Of a stretch of DNA of 64,000 nucleotides, positions 51,302 to 64,000 are shown in pieces; the stretch's first letter is position 1, and each line of letters starts with the position of its first letter. The notes beneath the pieces are model-generated. The model did not search any database and was not told where the DNA came from. It was given only the letters and a program-made list of their open reading frames with translations. The DNA is from Hormiphora californensis (taxonomy: Eukaryota; Animalia; Ctenophora), in contig CM035350.1 of NCBI GenBank assembly GCA_020137815.1, positions 9,796,001 to 9,860,000 of the forward strand. The letters are read 5' to 3'. The position numbers and the translations under genes were made by a program.

Positions 51302-51479
51302 ATGGAGGCGAGACACTGTGTTGAGACGCGCACCATTGCGACGCGCATTGCGACGCGCATTTTGGCTTTGCGACGCGCATTTAAGCATTGCGACGCGCAT
51401 GTGTGCGTCGCAAAGCCAAAATGCGCGTCGCAATGCGCGTCGCAATGGTGCGCGTCTCAACACAGTGTCTCGCCTCCAT
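51302..51479. mobile_element. Near-perfect CpG-rich 178-bp palindrome (foldback element) between divergent NFI and CEP95
   Basis: ~74-bp arms with internal ttgcgacgcgca repeats. Confidence 0.8.
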
Positions 51480-51605
51480 ATGCCTAATGCCTCAGCTATT
51501 TAAGTTGCAATGTTTGATGTTTTATGGAGGCCCGAAAATTTAGATAGTTGTTCACAAATCACAGTTGTTTCCACATTACTAGATAACTACCCCTATGCTG
51601 CAGCC

Positions 51606-53812
51606 ATGAGCGATGAAGCCGTTGAACGGTTATTGACTGTGTTTGAGGAGGATGAAGCAAGTCCGAGTGCGATAGTGAGGATCTATGAGAAGATATTTGG
51701 GGGTCTGCCAAGAGGGAGTATTGTCAGACCAACCTGTCAGGATGATGATCGAGTGAATATACAGCTGATCCTTGCTGAGCTAGAATCGGAACATCTCAAG
51801 ATGGATTTGAGCCACATTAGTGCCGCTGAAATAGCGCTGGGCAACCCTCGACCAAGTAAGCATTAACCCAGACGTGATACTTCTTATTACTATAGCCACT
51901 AACCTCACAAAATAATAATATTTCTCTCTCTCCTCAGTTATACATGTGTTGGAGATATTTGCTGGGTACACTGAACACATTCTCGAGAAAGGGAACCTCA
52001 CTCAAGACGAATCGTGGCAAGACTCAACTTTTGAAGACAAAGAGAATGTGACCTACGATATCTCAACTCGAGAACTGATAGAGACATCCCCAGTAAAATC
52101 AATACTGAGTCCTGATTGTGTTAACAGTTCAGCATTCAAAGCGGGGTATCAGGAGGGTGTACAATCGGACTCTCTAATTGACCGGTTAGATTCTCTACCA
52201 AACATTGCTGATGCACTGCGGACCTCACACGGGCTAGATGTGTCTGAATACAAGATCGATGAAGGGGTAGCCACCTCCACACCATGTCATTCCAGACGTC
52301 ACGAGGAGGAAACAGAGAAGCTGATTAGAAGGATGGAAGAGAGAGAAGCAGCTGCAGATGGTATTAGAACACCCGAGCCAGTACCAGTTAGGGCACCCCC
52401 TGAGACACCAGACCAAGCATTAGATAGAAGTATCAAGGAAAGGATACTATTTTTGTTAGAGAACAGTGGAAATAAACCAAAGAAGACAAGGCAGGTTAGA
52501 TTTAAATTGTCACCAAGGAGTAACAACTCCACCCCCAGAGAGGACCACACACCCAAAACAACAACTCCCACCCCTGCTGAGGACCCTGATCTAAGGGCTA
52601 CATTGGATGAGATGGTTTCCATGGGGATGTCCCCCTCTACAGCTCGGACACTATGGGGCAAACAGATGAGACAGGTAGCGGCTCTAAACAAAGCAGACGA
52701 GAGCAGGGCACTGCTTCTTAAAAAGCATCTCAAGGAGGAGGAAAAGAGACAGGAGTTGCTGCTGCAGATGATGCAGAAAGAGTTGGACTTCGTGGCCCGG
52801 AAGGGGGTCGAGGAGGAGGTGAAGAGAGAGGAGAGATTACTAAAGGCCAAGATGTTTGAGAAGAAGCTAACAGCGGTCAGGGTTAGGAAACATTACGGAG
52901 ACTATTGTATGAGGATGAAGAGTAGGATGGTTAACAAGAGTGCACGGGAGGAACAAATCTTTATCAAACAGTTTGAAAAAGGTGAGCTTCTCGTTATGTA
53001 CTATATTTTCTTGCCCAACACTTCGTGGAGCAGAGTTCAGTACATGATTCAGAGCTTCTAACTCCTACAGTTCAGTACATGATTCCAGTCAGAGCTTCTA
53101 ACTCCTACATCTCCTCCAGGTTTAAAGTTGCAGAAGGAACGGATGTTACAATCGAAGAAAGAGGAAAAACAGCGACAAGAGGAAAAGGAACGAAAATACA
53201 GAGATGAAATCAAGAAAATTGAACAGGTAATCTTAGCATTTTGATGTGCTCGTTTTTTTTGCGTTTATCTTCCTGCCATTTCCCCGACATTCTACCTCCC
53301 TCACTTACTATGGCTGTGACTCCCCATCTGGCGCCCCTCTCTATGGCGCCCCTTCGTACCGTTGTGACTCTGCCGCCTCCCCTCTCTGACACCCTCTCAC
53401 TACCATAGTGACTCTATCTCCGCCCCCCTAGCCCTCTGACACCCCTCCCCCACTAGTTGTACAAGGACCAGGTGGATCTGATGCAAGATAAACTAGATAA
53501 GGAGAGAGGAGAGAAGATATCGTGGACCGAGGAGAGAGCGAAACATGTCAAACGATACAAAGCTAAGAAGGTATGAGTTGACAGTTACTACCACCTGTTA
53601 CTACCACCTGTTGTTATACACTGACATGGTACATGCACATTTCCTTACATCTACAATTGTTGTTTCCAATTTCCATATCGGTCACTGTTAACACAATCTG
53701 TATCTTCCAGAGAGCTGCAATGAAGAGGACGATTGAAGCACTGCAGAAGGAACTGGTTATATCTGAAGACAGTCTACATTTTAAAACACAGGATATTGAG
53801 AACCTCTGCTGA
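51606..53812 (+). CDS. CEP95: Centrosomal protein CEP95-like, ~5 exons
   Basis: IYEKIFG...QDDDRVNIQLIL..L....LKMDLSHISA..I...VLEIF N-terminal domain; RKHYGDYCMRMKSRM...REEQIF..FEKGL C-terminal coiled coil. Confidence 0.8.
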
Positions 53813-54324
53813 GAGAAAACAGTTTTCAAAGTTATGACAGAAACCTAATCGGACTTTTTATTAGGGAATGTGGTTCGGATTGATTCCGAATCGACATTCC
53901 AACACAGTGTAAATAGTGAATTTATTATTTTCGTTAACTTTTCCACAGCCCCCAAAATCGGTTCATCGTGCACTTTGTTTACAACGGTCACTGCCGCTTA
54001 GACGTAGCGCGCGGTACCACAGGACTAGTGTTATCTGCGCAGAGAGCCTGGGAAATTCAGCGCGGGTTGCAAAACAGAGCCATCTGTTTGAAACCAGCAG
54101 CCACCAGAGGTTGGGACCAGCCAGCAGCCACCTGAGCACCTGGGACAACTCTTGGCACCGGAGACACTTTAAACAGGGATTTAATATAGTCATCAGAAGT
54201 AAATAAACAACTACAAACATTATCAAAATCAACTAAAACACAAAAGAGTCCTCACAAAAAACTAAATCTGAAAACTTTTAAACAAACCCTCTAAAAACTG
54301 ACAACAAATAAAGTTCACCACTTG

Positions 54325-56810
54325 AGTCTCTCTAACGGTGGCAGAGTTCTTGAATCCTTCTTCTTTCTTCGTCTTCTCTGGGTAGGTGGTGTTGGAATGA
54401 GGGGCTGTGGTTGTCTTCTTCTTCTGTTTCTGCAAGGTATAGAGACAAGAGAGTTAATTAATGAATTAATGAATCAACATCAATTTTCAGGGATCTGGCT
54501 CACAACTTACACCCATATCGAGATGACCCCAGACCCCCCCCACCCCCAAACCAGTACTGCACACTAACCGGGCGGTGTTGTATGGTGATTTGATTTGACT
54601 GAGATCTCCCAACATATTATCCATATTGACACTGCTCAGTTTCACATTTCTCCTCGCCTCATTCACAGCACTCAAGAACTTGTTGGTAGATAGCTGGTAA
54701 CGCTGTTTAGAGCCAGGAAAACAAATGGGCTTAGTGCAGCAGATAAGATCACAGAAACATGACTAACAGAAACTAACTCTCAAAAAGATAGAGTTTGAAG
54801 ATAGAGAGAATTGGCTAAGAGATAGTTGCTAAACATGCTGTTACATGCTCCTATTATTCTACTACTGACTGATAAAGATGGTTGCTGCTACATGCTAGGT
54901 TACCTGTTTTGTCGGTTTCTCTTCTCGGTTGGCGTCTATTGCACCTATGGATACATCATGAGTAGTGTTATTCAAATTAATTTTAGTCGGTAGAGAATCA
55001 AGAGAGGGAGCTGACTCTAAAAGAAGACACTCTGATTCTGTTTTCTAGAAAGGTTAGCTCACGTTTCATTTTGTTTCGAACACTGTCCATTATGTCCCTG
55101 GTTTTCCTGTTTTGGTTGTCCAGTTCTGAGTTCTGTTGGGCTATTAGGGCATTGATCAGCTTCTTCTGTTGATCTACACCTTGACCACTTCTCTGTAGTA
55201 TGGAGAGGAATATTTAAGTATAATAGGAGCATTAACATTAGGAGCCTGGTATGTAGTAGTAGACACTTTTGTCACATTGCAATGGAGCCAAGTAGACACT
55301 CACCGCTTCGTTAACATTGAACAAGGTATCTCGTTGTGTTATCAGCCTGGCAGGTCTCTCCACCTCCTCAATCCTCCCCCTCCATCCTGCTGTGTCAGCA
55401 GGTTCCTTCCTAATCACTGGACTTTTACTGCGCTCCCTACAACATGTTCATAGGCTGCATTATAATGCATTAAACAGAATATTAGACAGGACTGTGTATT
55501 GTGGTTTTACGGAATGTTCTTGATTCGTTAGAGTAGTGTTGAGGTGATGAATTACCTTGTCTCCAGTAAGATGTCAGATAAAGAGTACACAGCAGATATC
55601 TCGTCATCATCCTCCTCTACAGCTCCTAGTAATGCTGCAGTGGTGGTGTTACTAGTGGTGGTGTTACTAGCTGCAGTCATGATGATGTCATTACCAGCAC
55701 GTGTGACGTCATGATTACTATTTGTGACGTCACCACTACTGATGACATCAGAGGAGCTGATGAGAGCTGAGGAGGAGGTCAGATCGCTGCTGGTAGTCAA
55801 TTGTTCTGCTGTAGAGGGCGGTGTATTAGGATGGTGAACTGTATTGGGGGTAGTAGTGGGGTCATTACTTGCTGCTTCATCTGCTTCACTGACATTTGGT
55901 GCTTCACTCGCCCCTAAAGGTGCCTCAGTAGCATTAGCCACTCCTAAAGGTGCCTCAGAAGTAGCTTCACAGACAGTCTCGCTCAATGCTGCAGTATCCT
56001 CCACTACTACAACAGGTAGACCCCCCTTGACATCATTGTTCAGACTCTCAGAATCTCCCACAGAGTCCTGGTTCAGACTCTCAGAGAGTCCTTCTATAGC
56101 ATGCCTATAGGTCCTATTACTGTACCCAGGTCTCGCTGGGGCTGGTGACGTAACACGGGGAGGTGGGACCTCCAACATCCTCCCATCCCCCGTGTTGGTC
56201 TGGTAACTAGTCACATACCCCACCAGAAACTCCACCGTCTCAGCTTGTGCTTCACAGTCAAGAGAGAGGGCTGTGTCGGAGGTTTCAGCAGCCCTCTCTG
56301 GGTCAAAAGAGGGCACTTGGGAAGTGAGCGACACTGGCACATACACATTGGATATACTATTACAGGGTGGCCGGGGTAGCAATGGCTCACTCTCAGCTGT
56401 ATTTACACGAACTCGCTCAGAAAATGTGACAGCCTTACGATTGTTTTTTAGTAACGCCTCAGCAGCAAGACTCCTAGGATCTGGTATCTCTTCTTCCTCT
56501 TCTTCCTCTTCTTCTTCCTCGGAGTTGGGAGGTGGGACGGTGTGATCTGGTTTCTTGACGACCACCACCTCAGACACGGCCCTGGGGGTGGCAGAGGAAT
56601 ACTCATCTTTCTGCCACTGGGCAGAGGATGGAGGGGTGGAGAACACACCACTTCTCTCTTCAATAGATTCCAGAGCAGTGGTGGTCGGTGGTGGCACTCT
56701 AGTAGTGGTGGTACGACGCGGTGGTGGGGCAGTAGTTCGTGCTGGTTTCTCAAACCTGTCAACTTTCTTCTTCTTAGGTCGGATTATCTCTCTGGTTTCT
56801 GAAACAGCCT
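54325..56810 (-). CDS. Multi-exon low-complexity/coiled-coil coding region with no convincing own start; possibly alternative 3' exons of the upstream gene
   Basis: ~420-codon stop-free exon 55555-56810 with an ag|gtaatt donor, followed by small GT-AG exons at ~55.3-55.4, 55.0-55.2, 54.9, 54.6-54.7 and 54.3-54.4 kb. Confidence 0.55.
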
Positions 56811-57091
56811 GCTCCACGATTAGTACGGGGGGGGGGGGATTGTAGGTGGGGATATTGGATATCAGGGAATAGGATTGACACAACAGGGGGTTGGAACTGG
56901 AAGGGTTGAGAGAGGATTGGGAAATGGGGAAAGATAATTTCGGGTGGTAAAGACACACTGAATCATGGAACATACGGAAAGAAAAGTTTCATGCGAACTG
57001 ATAAATTGGAAAACAACAAAACTAATATTATCAAGTTCCTATTTTGTCCTAAAACCGACCAAAACCTCTTGGACCACCATCACGGGCACCA

Positions 57092-57172
57092 CGACCGAAT
57101 CAGGAAATACTGGTCCCTGATTGGCTGATAACCAGTCACGTGACCTAAATAACGAGCTCTGATTGGTTCCTG
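57092..57172. mobile_element. Truncated CAGGAACC MITE copy with a ~47-bp duplication of a gene's stop-codon region
   Basis: cctaaaaccgacc...caccacgacc at 57048-57096 and 57173-57218. Confidence 0.85.
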
Positions 57173-57173
57173 C

Positions 57174-60100
57174 CTAAAACCGACCAAAACCTCTTGGACC
57201 ACCACGGGCACCACGACCAAAGCCCCCTCGTGGGCCACCCCTGGGTCCACCCCTGTTGAACTGAGGTGCCCATGAGCTCATATCACCTGCACCTCGGCCC
57301 ATTCCACCTCGGCCCCCACCCATATTCATGCCACCTCTTCCCCCACCCATATTCATACCACCACGGCCACCACGGGGGTGAGGTGACATGCCAGGACTCA
57401 TTCCTCCTCCTCCACCCGGGGCTGGATCCCCCAGGGTCAACTGGAACATGCTAGTGTTGCTATTAGGAGTTGCAGTCCGGAGGGGAGGGAGTGGTGATGC
57501 CCTACCATTATACCCCTTCTTAACACGATTGAGGGCTGGATTCCCCTTATTCTTTGCCATCAGCTCATCAATTAACTTCTTCTGATCCTCTATTGTGTTC
57601 TCATGTGCCTCTCTGATCTTGTTCTGTGTCTCCAGATCCTTCAATAACGCCTTCATCTTGTTACCCATGTTCTGAGGATCACTCTTGCTCTGATTATAGA
57701 GCCGCTTCAGATCAAGTACCACCTTGTGCCTGTACCTCCTAACAGACCCACACACGGCCTCGCTTGTTTTGGTGGGGTTAGCAATATATTGTCCCACTTT
57801 GGACATCTTATTATTTAGTAGATCTATCAGTTTCTCCTGGGCAGGCACCTCCAGATCCCTCATGATCTCAAGCCACTCCTCTTTGAACTGGTATAGAGGG
57901 AGAGAGAGAGAGTTATACAGAGCTAGGTGCCTCATTATGCTTCACTGAGAGATGATGAGACCAGGTGTGCCATCTAGGGGAGAGACATCCCTTACAAGGT
58001 GCGGTGGAAGATGAGAGAGGGTGACCCTCAACAAGGTGCCATGTTATCTCGTATATATCATGACGTACCAGGCTGTTGTGATCGGACCTGCTGCTGCACA
58101 AGGAGAGAGAGGGTTGTGTGGAGATGCCTTTTAGACTGATCGGGAGCAGCAGCAGCCAGCGTAGCAGATTTGGGCGTAGATAGATAGAGAGGAGATTAGA
58201 TAGAGATATATAGTAGAGTATAGATAGAGATTAGAGAGGAGGTTGAGATCGGCAGAGAGAAATAAGGTAAAAATGAAGCAGAAAAGATGATCAAAGGATA
58301 ATTTTTCAGCAGTAAAAAGGAAAGCAAACGAAAGCAGATAGAACGATATTGAAAGTTATTGAAGTTATCGAAAGTTATTGAGTTTTTCAGCAAAAAAAGG
58401 AAAGATTAGAATAAAGATTGCATGCGAGGGGGCTCATTGGGTAGACACAAAGTGCATGGCAGCTGTTACCTTTGCGATCTCTGGGGTGGGAGTTCTGTTC
58501 TCGTTAATTTCATCCAGACCACTCACATCCCCACTCATGGCAGAAATGGGACTCTGGCCCTTCTGGACAACTGGAATGAGGGGGTGTTAGGGATCCCGCG
58601 GTAAGAGTTTCTCTAGACACTTTAAATGCTGGTAAAGAAGGAGGAAAGATGGTGTTACGATGCTTTTAATGGGTGAAAAAGATGGGAGAGAGATAGCGCA
58701 TGTCCCGTACACTGCAGCGAACACACACAGTTTAACACAATGCAGCATGGTAGGGTACTGGGGCAGGTCTGTCTGGTGGCGCTCAGAACAGCACTGCAAG
58801 ACAGGGGGCGGGTCTGTCTGATCTGGTGGCGCTCAAAGCAGCACTGCCAGACAGGGGTGCAGTTATAGATAGTTCAGCACACACGGCTCGGTAGATTTCA
58901 GCAGGACTGCACGACACGAAGTTTCAACCTGCTCGAAGCAGATCAATGTAGGCATTCAGTTCCTCCTTCGCAGCAAAATCCTTGGTAACCAGTCTGGCAT
59001 CATGCCGGGGCATGAATGCCAGGTTTTCATCTCTCCACCCCTTTAGAATTATATTCCGTGCAGTAGGGATCTCAACATTGGCCACAAAACTCCTCTGTTG
59101 CGTCAGAACATGTTTAAACAGCTCCTCCTTCAGTTTATCAGACATATCCATGGCATTAACATCTTCATAATTCAACTTCCATAGTGTCAGTGGGTCCTGT
59201 CCAGACTCCTTTAGGAATCTCATTAGTGCAGGTGAGGCTTGCAGGTACTTTGCCAGGTATATCGCATTCAGCAGCTCATTTAACTCCTCCTCGGATAGAC
59301 CCAGTGCCAGTATATCCGCCTCCTCTAACTTGGTAATATCAGATATCCCAGCAGCCCTGAGTTTGTCTAGTAAACTACCCGATAACGATGCAGCCACATC
59401 AGGGTCATCTAACCGGTAAGCCCGGGAACTCCTGGAGCCCAGTTTTAGTCGGTGTTCAGCCAGCTCCCTTCTTCTCTCTTCATCAGCCCTCATTCTCTCC
59501 TCCAACTCTCTGAGTCTGTCCTGCTCTGAACGGAGCCGGGCCTCCAGCTCTGAACGCTCCCTTTCTAACCGCTCTGCATCTTCTGAAAATACAACCTAAC
59601 CCTTGAAGTCACACTACTAAACTACTACTCGCTACAAAAAGTGTTGGTTTTCTAGAAAAGTGTGGTGTTGGGTCTGTTGGCCGCGGCGGAAGGAGTTCGA
59701 GAGGGTCGGCGGGATGAGGAGGTCAAAACGTTACCTTTTGCTCCGGCTTTCTTCCTCGCTGGCTCACTCTCAATAACGTACTTATCCGCTGTTACCACTC
59801 GTACCTGTAGGACACATGATTTAGGAAATCTATCTCCGCGTTATCTTCTACAATATAGGCACAAAAGTGAAACTCTGAGAACAGTGAAACTCTGAGAACA
59901 GTGAACACTGAAGACACGATGTCCAAAACAGTGAGGTGTGTCTCACATTGAAGGTATATTCTGCGAGTGGTTCAAGGTTGCTAACTCTGTAACTCTGCTC
60001 TCGGCCTGTGTAGATAACTTGACCGTTCATCACCAGTTCATAGTGCTCGATAGGGCCCAACTGTTTAGGAGGATCCACCCAACTGACGTTGATTTCATTA

Positions 60101-63100
60101 GCCCCACCACTAGTTGACAGGATGGGCTTCTTAGGAGGGTAGTCACCTGGGTAGACGTGAGTGAGTTAGTTAGATAAAAGACGCTAACACGTGAACCAAA
60201 TAATGATCAAATGGGTACCACAAACCATTGACTACAATACCCAACTGTGTTTCTTACTGAGGTTGAGTGTAGAACACATGATAGGGGCTTGCCAGGTTAG
60301 ACTGTTTTTTCGCGTGCCCCGCCCGCGAAAAGAATAAAAGAGTTTGTACAAAACAAGATAGGGGCACTCTTCTCGCCCTCCACTAACAAACAATCCACGT
60401 GACACACAACACCATATATGGGTATCACGTGGACTTTAAAACTGTGTTTCTTACTAAGGTTGAGTGTAGAACACATGATGGGGGCACTCTTCTCACCCTC
60501 CCCAGCCGAGGTGACTCCAGCCACTTGGACAGCCACACTGGTACTGTGGGGTAGGTCCTTTACAACAAAGGCCGTCTTCTCCAGACCCACTACTGACACT
60601 CTCTCTCCGTTCACGTATATGTTGTAGCCGGTCAGAGTTCCGTTAGGGTTGGCAGGTCCACTCCAACTGATCTTGATAGAGTTGTGTTGAGGTTTCCCCT
60701 CATTCACTACCTCACCAGGGGGTCCAGGAACTAAAGGGGAGGTGTGAATATGTAATGAACTCTTTGTGCCGTGTAAACATCCCAGTATGTCAGGCAAAAA
60801 AGACAGTAGAAACCAGTTCTATTATTGAACTTGCGACTCAAACAGGTTCATATATTGATAAAATGGGGGTTTGAGGTTCAAGGCTATACAGTTTATAATA
60901 CACAAACCTCCTTCTGATGTAGTGATGATGGCAGGTCCGCTGTAAGGACCCTCATCAGAGTTACCAATCGCTCTGACACGGAACACATATGAGGTGAAGG
61001 GATTGAGGTTCTTGACATTAGTGGTAGTGCTGCTCCCCTCATACACACACGTGCATCCTGGAAGATAGGGGGTTGGGGAGGGAAGATTGACTTTGAAGTG
61101 TTCGAGTTAAAACTAGGAGGGAAGAGCCTTGGAGTCATGTGTACCCCACTACTCACATACCTTGGTATAGTTGGTATCTGGGTCGGTTACCAGGTGTCGC
61201 TACCACTGAGTCCCATCTGGCCGAGATGGAGTTACTGTCTACAGTGGTCAAGACGGGAGGGGCCAGTTTTGGCAACCTTCCAAGGATCTCAATCGTCATC
61301 TTCACCTCCGTCATCAGGTCACTTTTTAACTGAGATCCCCTTCACCAACTTCCTCAGCACAGAATAGACTGACTTGTGATCTCGGAGTCGGAACACGCCC
61401 TCTTTTTGACTACATATTGCCCGCAGAGTTACTGCAGCAAACCACGGCTGTCTCGTCGTCTGGGTCTGTTATTAGTCGTGCTAGCTGGTCGAGAATTAAC
61501 TCACTGTTTACGTTACCTAGCAACCTGGGGAGAGGGATATATTGTTGTTGGGGTGGCGTTACCTAGCAACCTGGGGAGAGGGGTATTGGTGTTGGGGTGG
61601 CGTTACCTAGCAATAATATATGCGGGGGGGGGGGGGGCTGTTTTCGAGGGGAATTGAATTGTTATCTTTGGAATACAAGAAATTCAGTAGACGCTGTCTT
61701 TTTTAGTCTAGTAGATAGTTCTAAACATGATATGGCGGTGCAACCAACCTGTCGTGCCCTTCTCTGCTGTTAGCAAGGCAGCTGAAAGCAAAACAAGCAT
61801 TCTTCCTTGGTCCGGGCTCATTATTATAAAGCATTTTAGTCATTGCAGTCATCGTGTTTTTGAAGTTGGTCATCTCCAATAGCTTTGTTCTGGCGTCCTC
61901 TCTCTCCAACAGGCGACCAATAGCAAACGCAGAGTTCATACTACTTCCTGGAGAGGGGGTGTGTCAGATTTAATCTGTTTGTTTAATTTAAACTTTAAAC
62001 CCCCTGACTCAGGGCCTGAGCGGCGAGACACAATGAATTCCTCAAAATAGAAAGGAGTTGGAGTGTTTGGTTGCTCCTGGTTACCTGGATTGTGTCCACA
62101 GAGTGACACACACAAATTGGTCAAGATGTAACTTGATCGCTCATGTGTCAGGATCTTAACTATTCCTTCTTGGGATAGGGTCAACCTGAAATCAGAGAGG
62201 GTTCAGAACACCAATTCTCACTCTCAGGTCCTGATCCAACTTGTAGACCATAAAGTCGGATTTTTTGAAGTTGTCACCCCCCTTTTCGTGCGCGGAATGT
62301 TTTTGCGCGTCACATCACATGTTAACGTGTGGTGTGCGCGTCAAAATTGATAAATTTCACATGCGCGGTCATTTTGGGGTGACAACTTCAAAAAATCCGA
62401 CTTTACTGGATTGTGCGCGTCATTGGTGTACTTTCACCACTCCCGAGACTGCGCGCGCTCCCTCTCTCCCCGACCTCTGAGTGTGCGTGTGTGGGACACA
62501 GAGGCAGGTGCTCCAAATCTGATAACCGACCTGGCAACTACAAGTGCTGAGTTACTGGCTGCCCATTGGTGGGGGTCAACAGTCAATACTCCCAGGATCG
62601 GGAGGGCGTCTTCAAACGCGGCTTGTTGGAGAATCCAGAGGCGACCATCCGCAGATTCGGCCTGTGTGAGAGGATGATCTTAATACTGAAAGTTTTAATA
62701 CTATCCGATCTATATCTGCCTTCATACAATATCTTTTTACATGTTCTACTGATCATACAGTGATGGTTCACCACAAGTATTCATGGTAAGATTGTTTAAA
62801 AACACCGCTCCTATAGTCAGTGAGAGGGTGGCGGGACAGACACGGTGGAGTGACATGATAGAGGGGATGGTAGGGAATGGTTAAAAGCAATTTAAAAAAG
62901 GAGGAACATGCTCATATTATTTGAGCTATTTATCGTTTACAAGTGTGCATGTTGTCACGACAACAAAGTGCCCCATTCAGATGCAATTGACCTGATGATC
63001 CCACCTCTCTTTGTATCCCTCTGTCTCCCTCCTTCTCTCTCCCTCTTTCACTCACTCACTCTCTACACATCTCCCTTTCTCTCTCACCACTTATTTCCCT

Positions 63101-63660
63101 TCGCTTCCCTTTCTGTCTCCCATATGACGCATTATCCCGGGATATGAATAGAAATGAATGGGATATGAACGATTATGTGTTTGACCCCGCCTCTTGGAAG
63201 TATTCGATTATAGAAATCTAAAAAGAGGGAAAACGGATCATAGAGTAGTATGTGGCTGCAGGGAGAGAATGGTGAACTATATGCCACCTTATATATTACT
63301 TCTAAACCTATACATTTCTTACTCTCCGATAGTAAACGAAATTTATATCATATGACCACTGCTCGACTCCTCTATACGATAATTGCCAGACTATACACAG
63401 TACAACTTATTACTGTACACAGTAATTACTGTAGTCCACATACACGAAATATCAAAACGACTTACTATGTTAGCTATAGTTCCTGCTGCGTTCATCACCA
63501 CGTTTTTATCATCGCTCATTAGCATGTTAACCAGGGCAGTAAACAGGGTGGGGTTGCTCTGTCCACTGGCAGCAGTGTTCCGAGGTACTGATAACACATA
63601 CTCCCTACATCGAGGGTGCTCCACTATGGTCCCTAGAATATGTACCACAGACTCTGTCAA
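57174..63660 (-). CDS. Multi-exon gene (5' end beyond window): armadillo repeats, ~3-4 fibronectin type III domains, coiled coil, SAM-like repeats, RGG tail
   Basis: ARM: VVMNAAGTIANI, NSAFAIGRL, KNACFAFSCLA. FN3: NLNPFTSYVFRVRA, ISWSGPANPNGTLTGYNIY, NLEPLAEYTFNV. SAM-like: GISDITKLEEADILALGLSEEELNELLNAI. Tail: RGGPRGGPRGGFGRG. Confidence 0.75.
62251..62405. mobile_element. Intronic MITE with a ~30-bp TIR
   Basis: taaagtcggattttttgaagttgtcacccc...ggggtgacaacttcaaaaaatccgacttta; end fragment also at ~39619. Confidence 0.8.
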
Positions 63661-63937
63661 CCTGGGGGAGGGAGGGATATGGAGTGTATAACTTGGAGCT
63701 GTGACATTGAACCATAATTGGGGTCGTACTTTAGTTCGTAGGCCCAGGAGTGTGCACGGGGATACTTGAAGGGGTCGTTCAGAGACATGAACCTAGTAGT
63801 GCACGGGGATACTTGAAGGGGTCGTTCAGAGACATGAACCTAGTAGTTATCAAGCAAGACAAGGAAATATACTCAAAGAAAGACTGGACTAAAGCAGTCC
63901 ACTTTGGCGTGAAATAGACAGAAGAAAAGAGAGAAAT

Positions 63938-64000
<63 letters not shown>

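Noticed and set aside
51310-51470. CACTGTG/CACAGTG in the palindrome as a second RSS-like pair
   Set aside because: Internal to the arms, no nonamer-like motif and no 5-bp TSD.

Overview
Eukaryotic, intron-rich animal DNA. It is most likely a ctenophore (Pleurobrachia/Hormiphora-like); this is an inference from a recurrent 109-bp CAGGAACCGACCGAA-ended repeat, a ctenophore-type globular domain, same-strand nested genes and acceptors just upstream of start codons. Genes: the 3' end of an unknown + strand gene; a ~22.5-kb attractin-like gene (- strand); mitochondrial ribosomal protein L40; ATP synthase subunit c; ARL2BP; a PDZ protein; nuclear factor I; CEP95; and a large ARM-FN3-SAM-like gene running off the right edge. 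Most notable: (1) an intronless MATH/TRAF-domain + 2'-5' oligoadenylate synthetase (OAS) fusion gene nested in an attractin intron; (2) directly upstream of it, a Transib-type element whose ends read as CACAGTG-12bp-ACAAA and CACAGTG-22bp-ACAAAA (RSS 12/23-like) with a 5-bp TSD; (3) a 450-bp symmetric phase-1 exon packed between ~118-bp inverted repeats inside a phase-1 attractin intron; (4) tandem arrays made from attractin's own splice acceptors; (5) a chimeric ORF joining the ATP synthase c mitochondrial presequence to a retrotransposon ORF1-like RRM domain. Single-base frameshifts in several unrelated genes, plus two noisy tracts (~7.4-9.4 kb, ~44.6-45.4 kb), suggest residual assembly indel errors.
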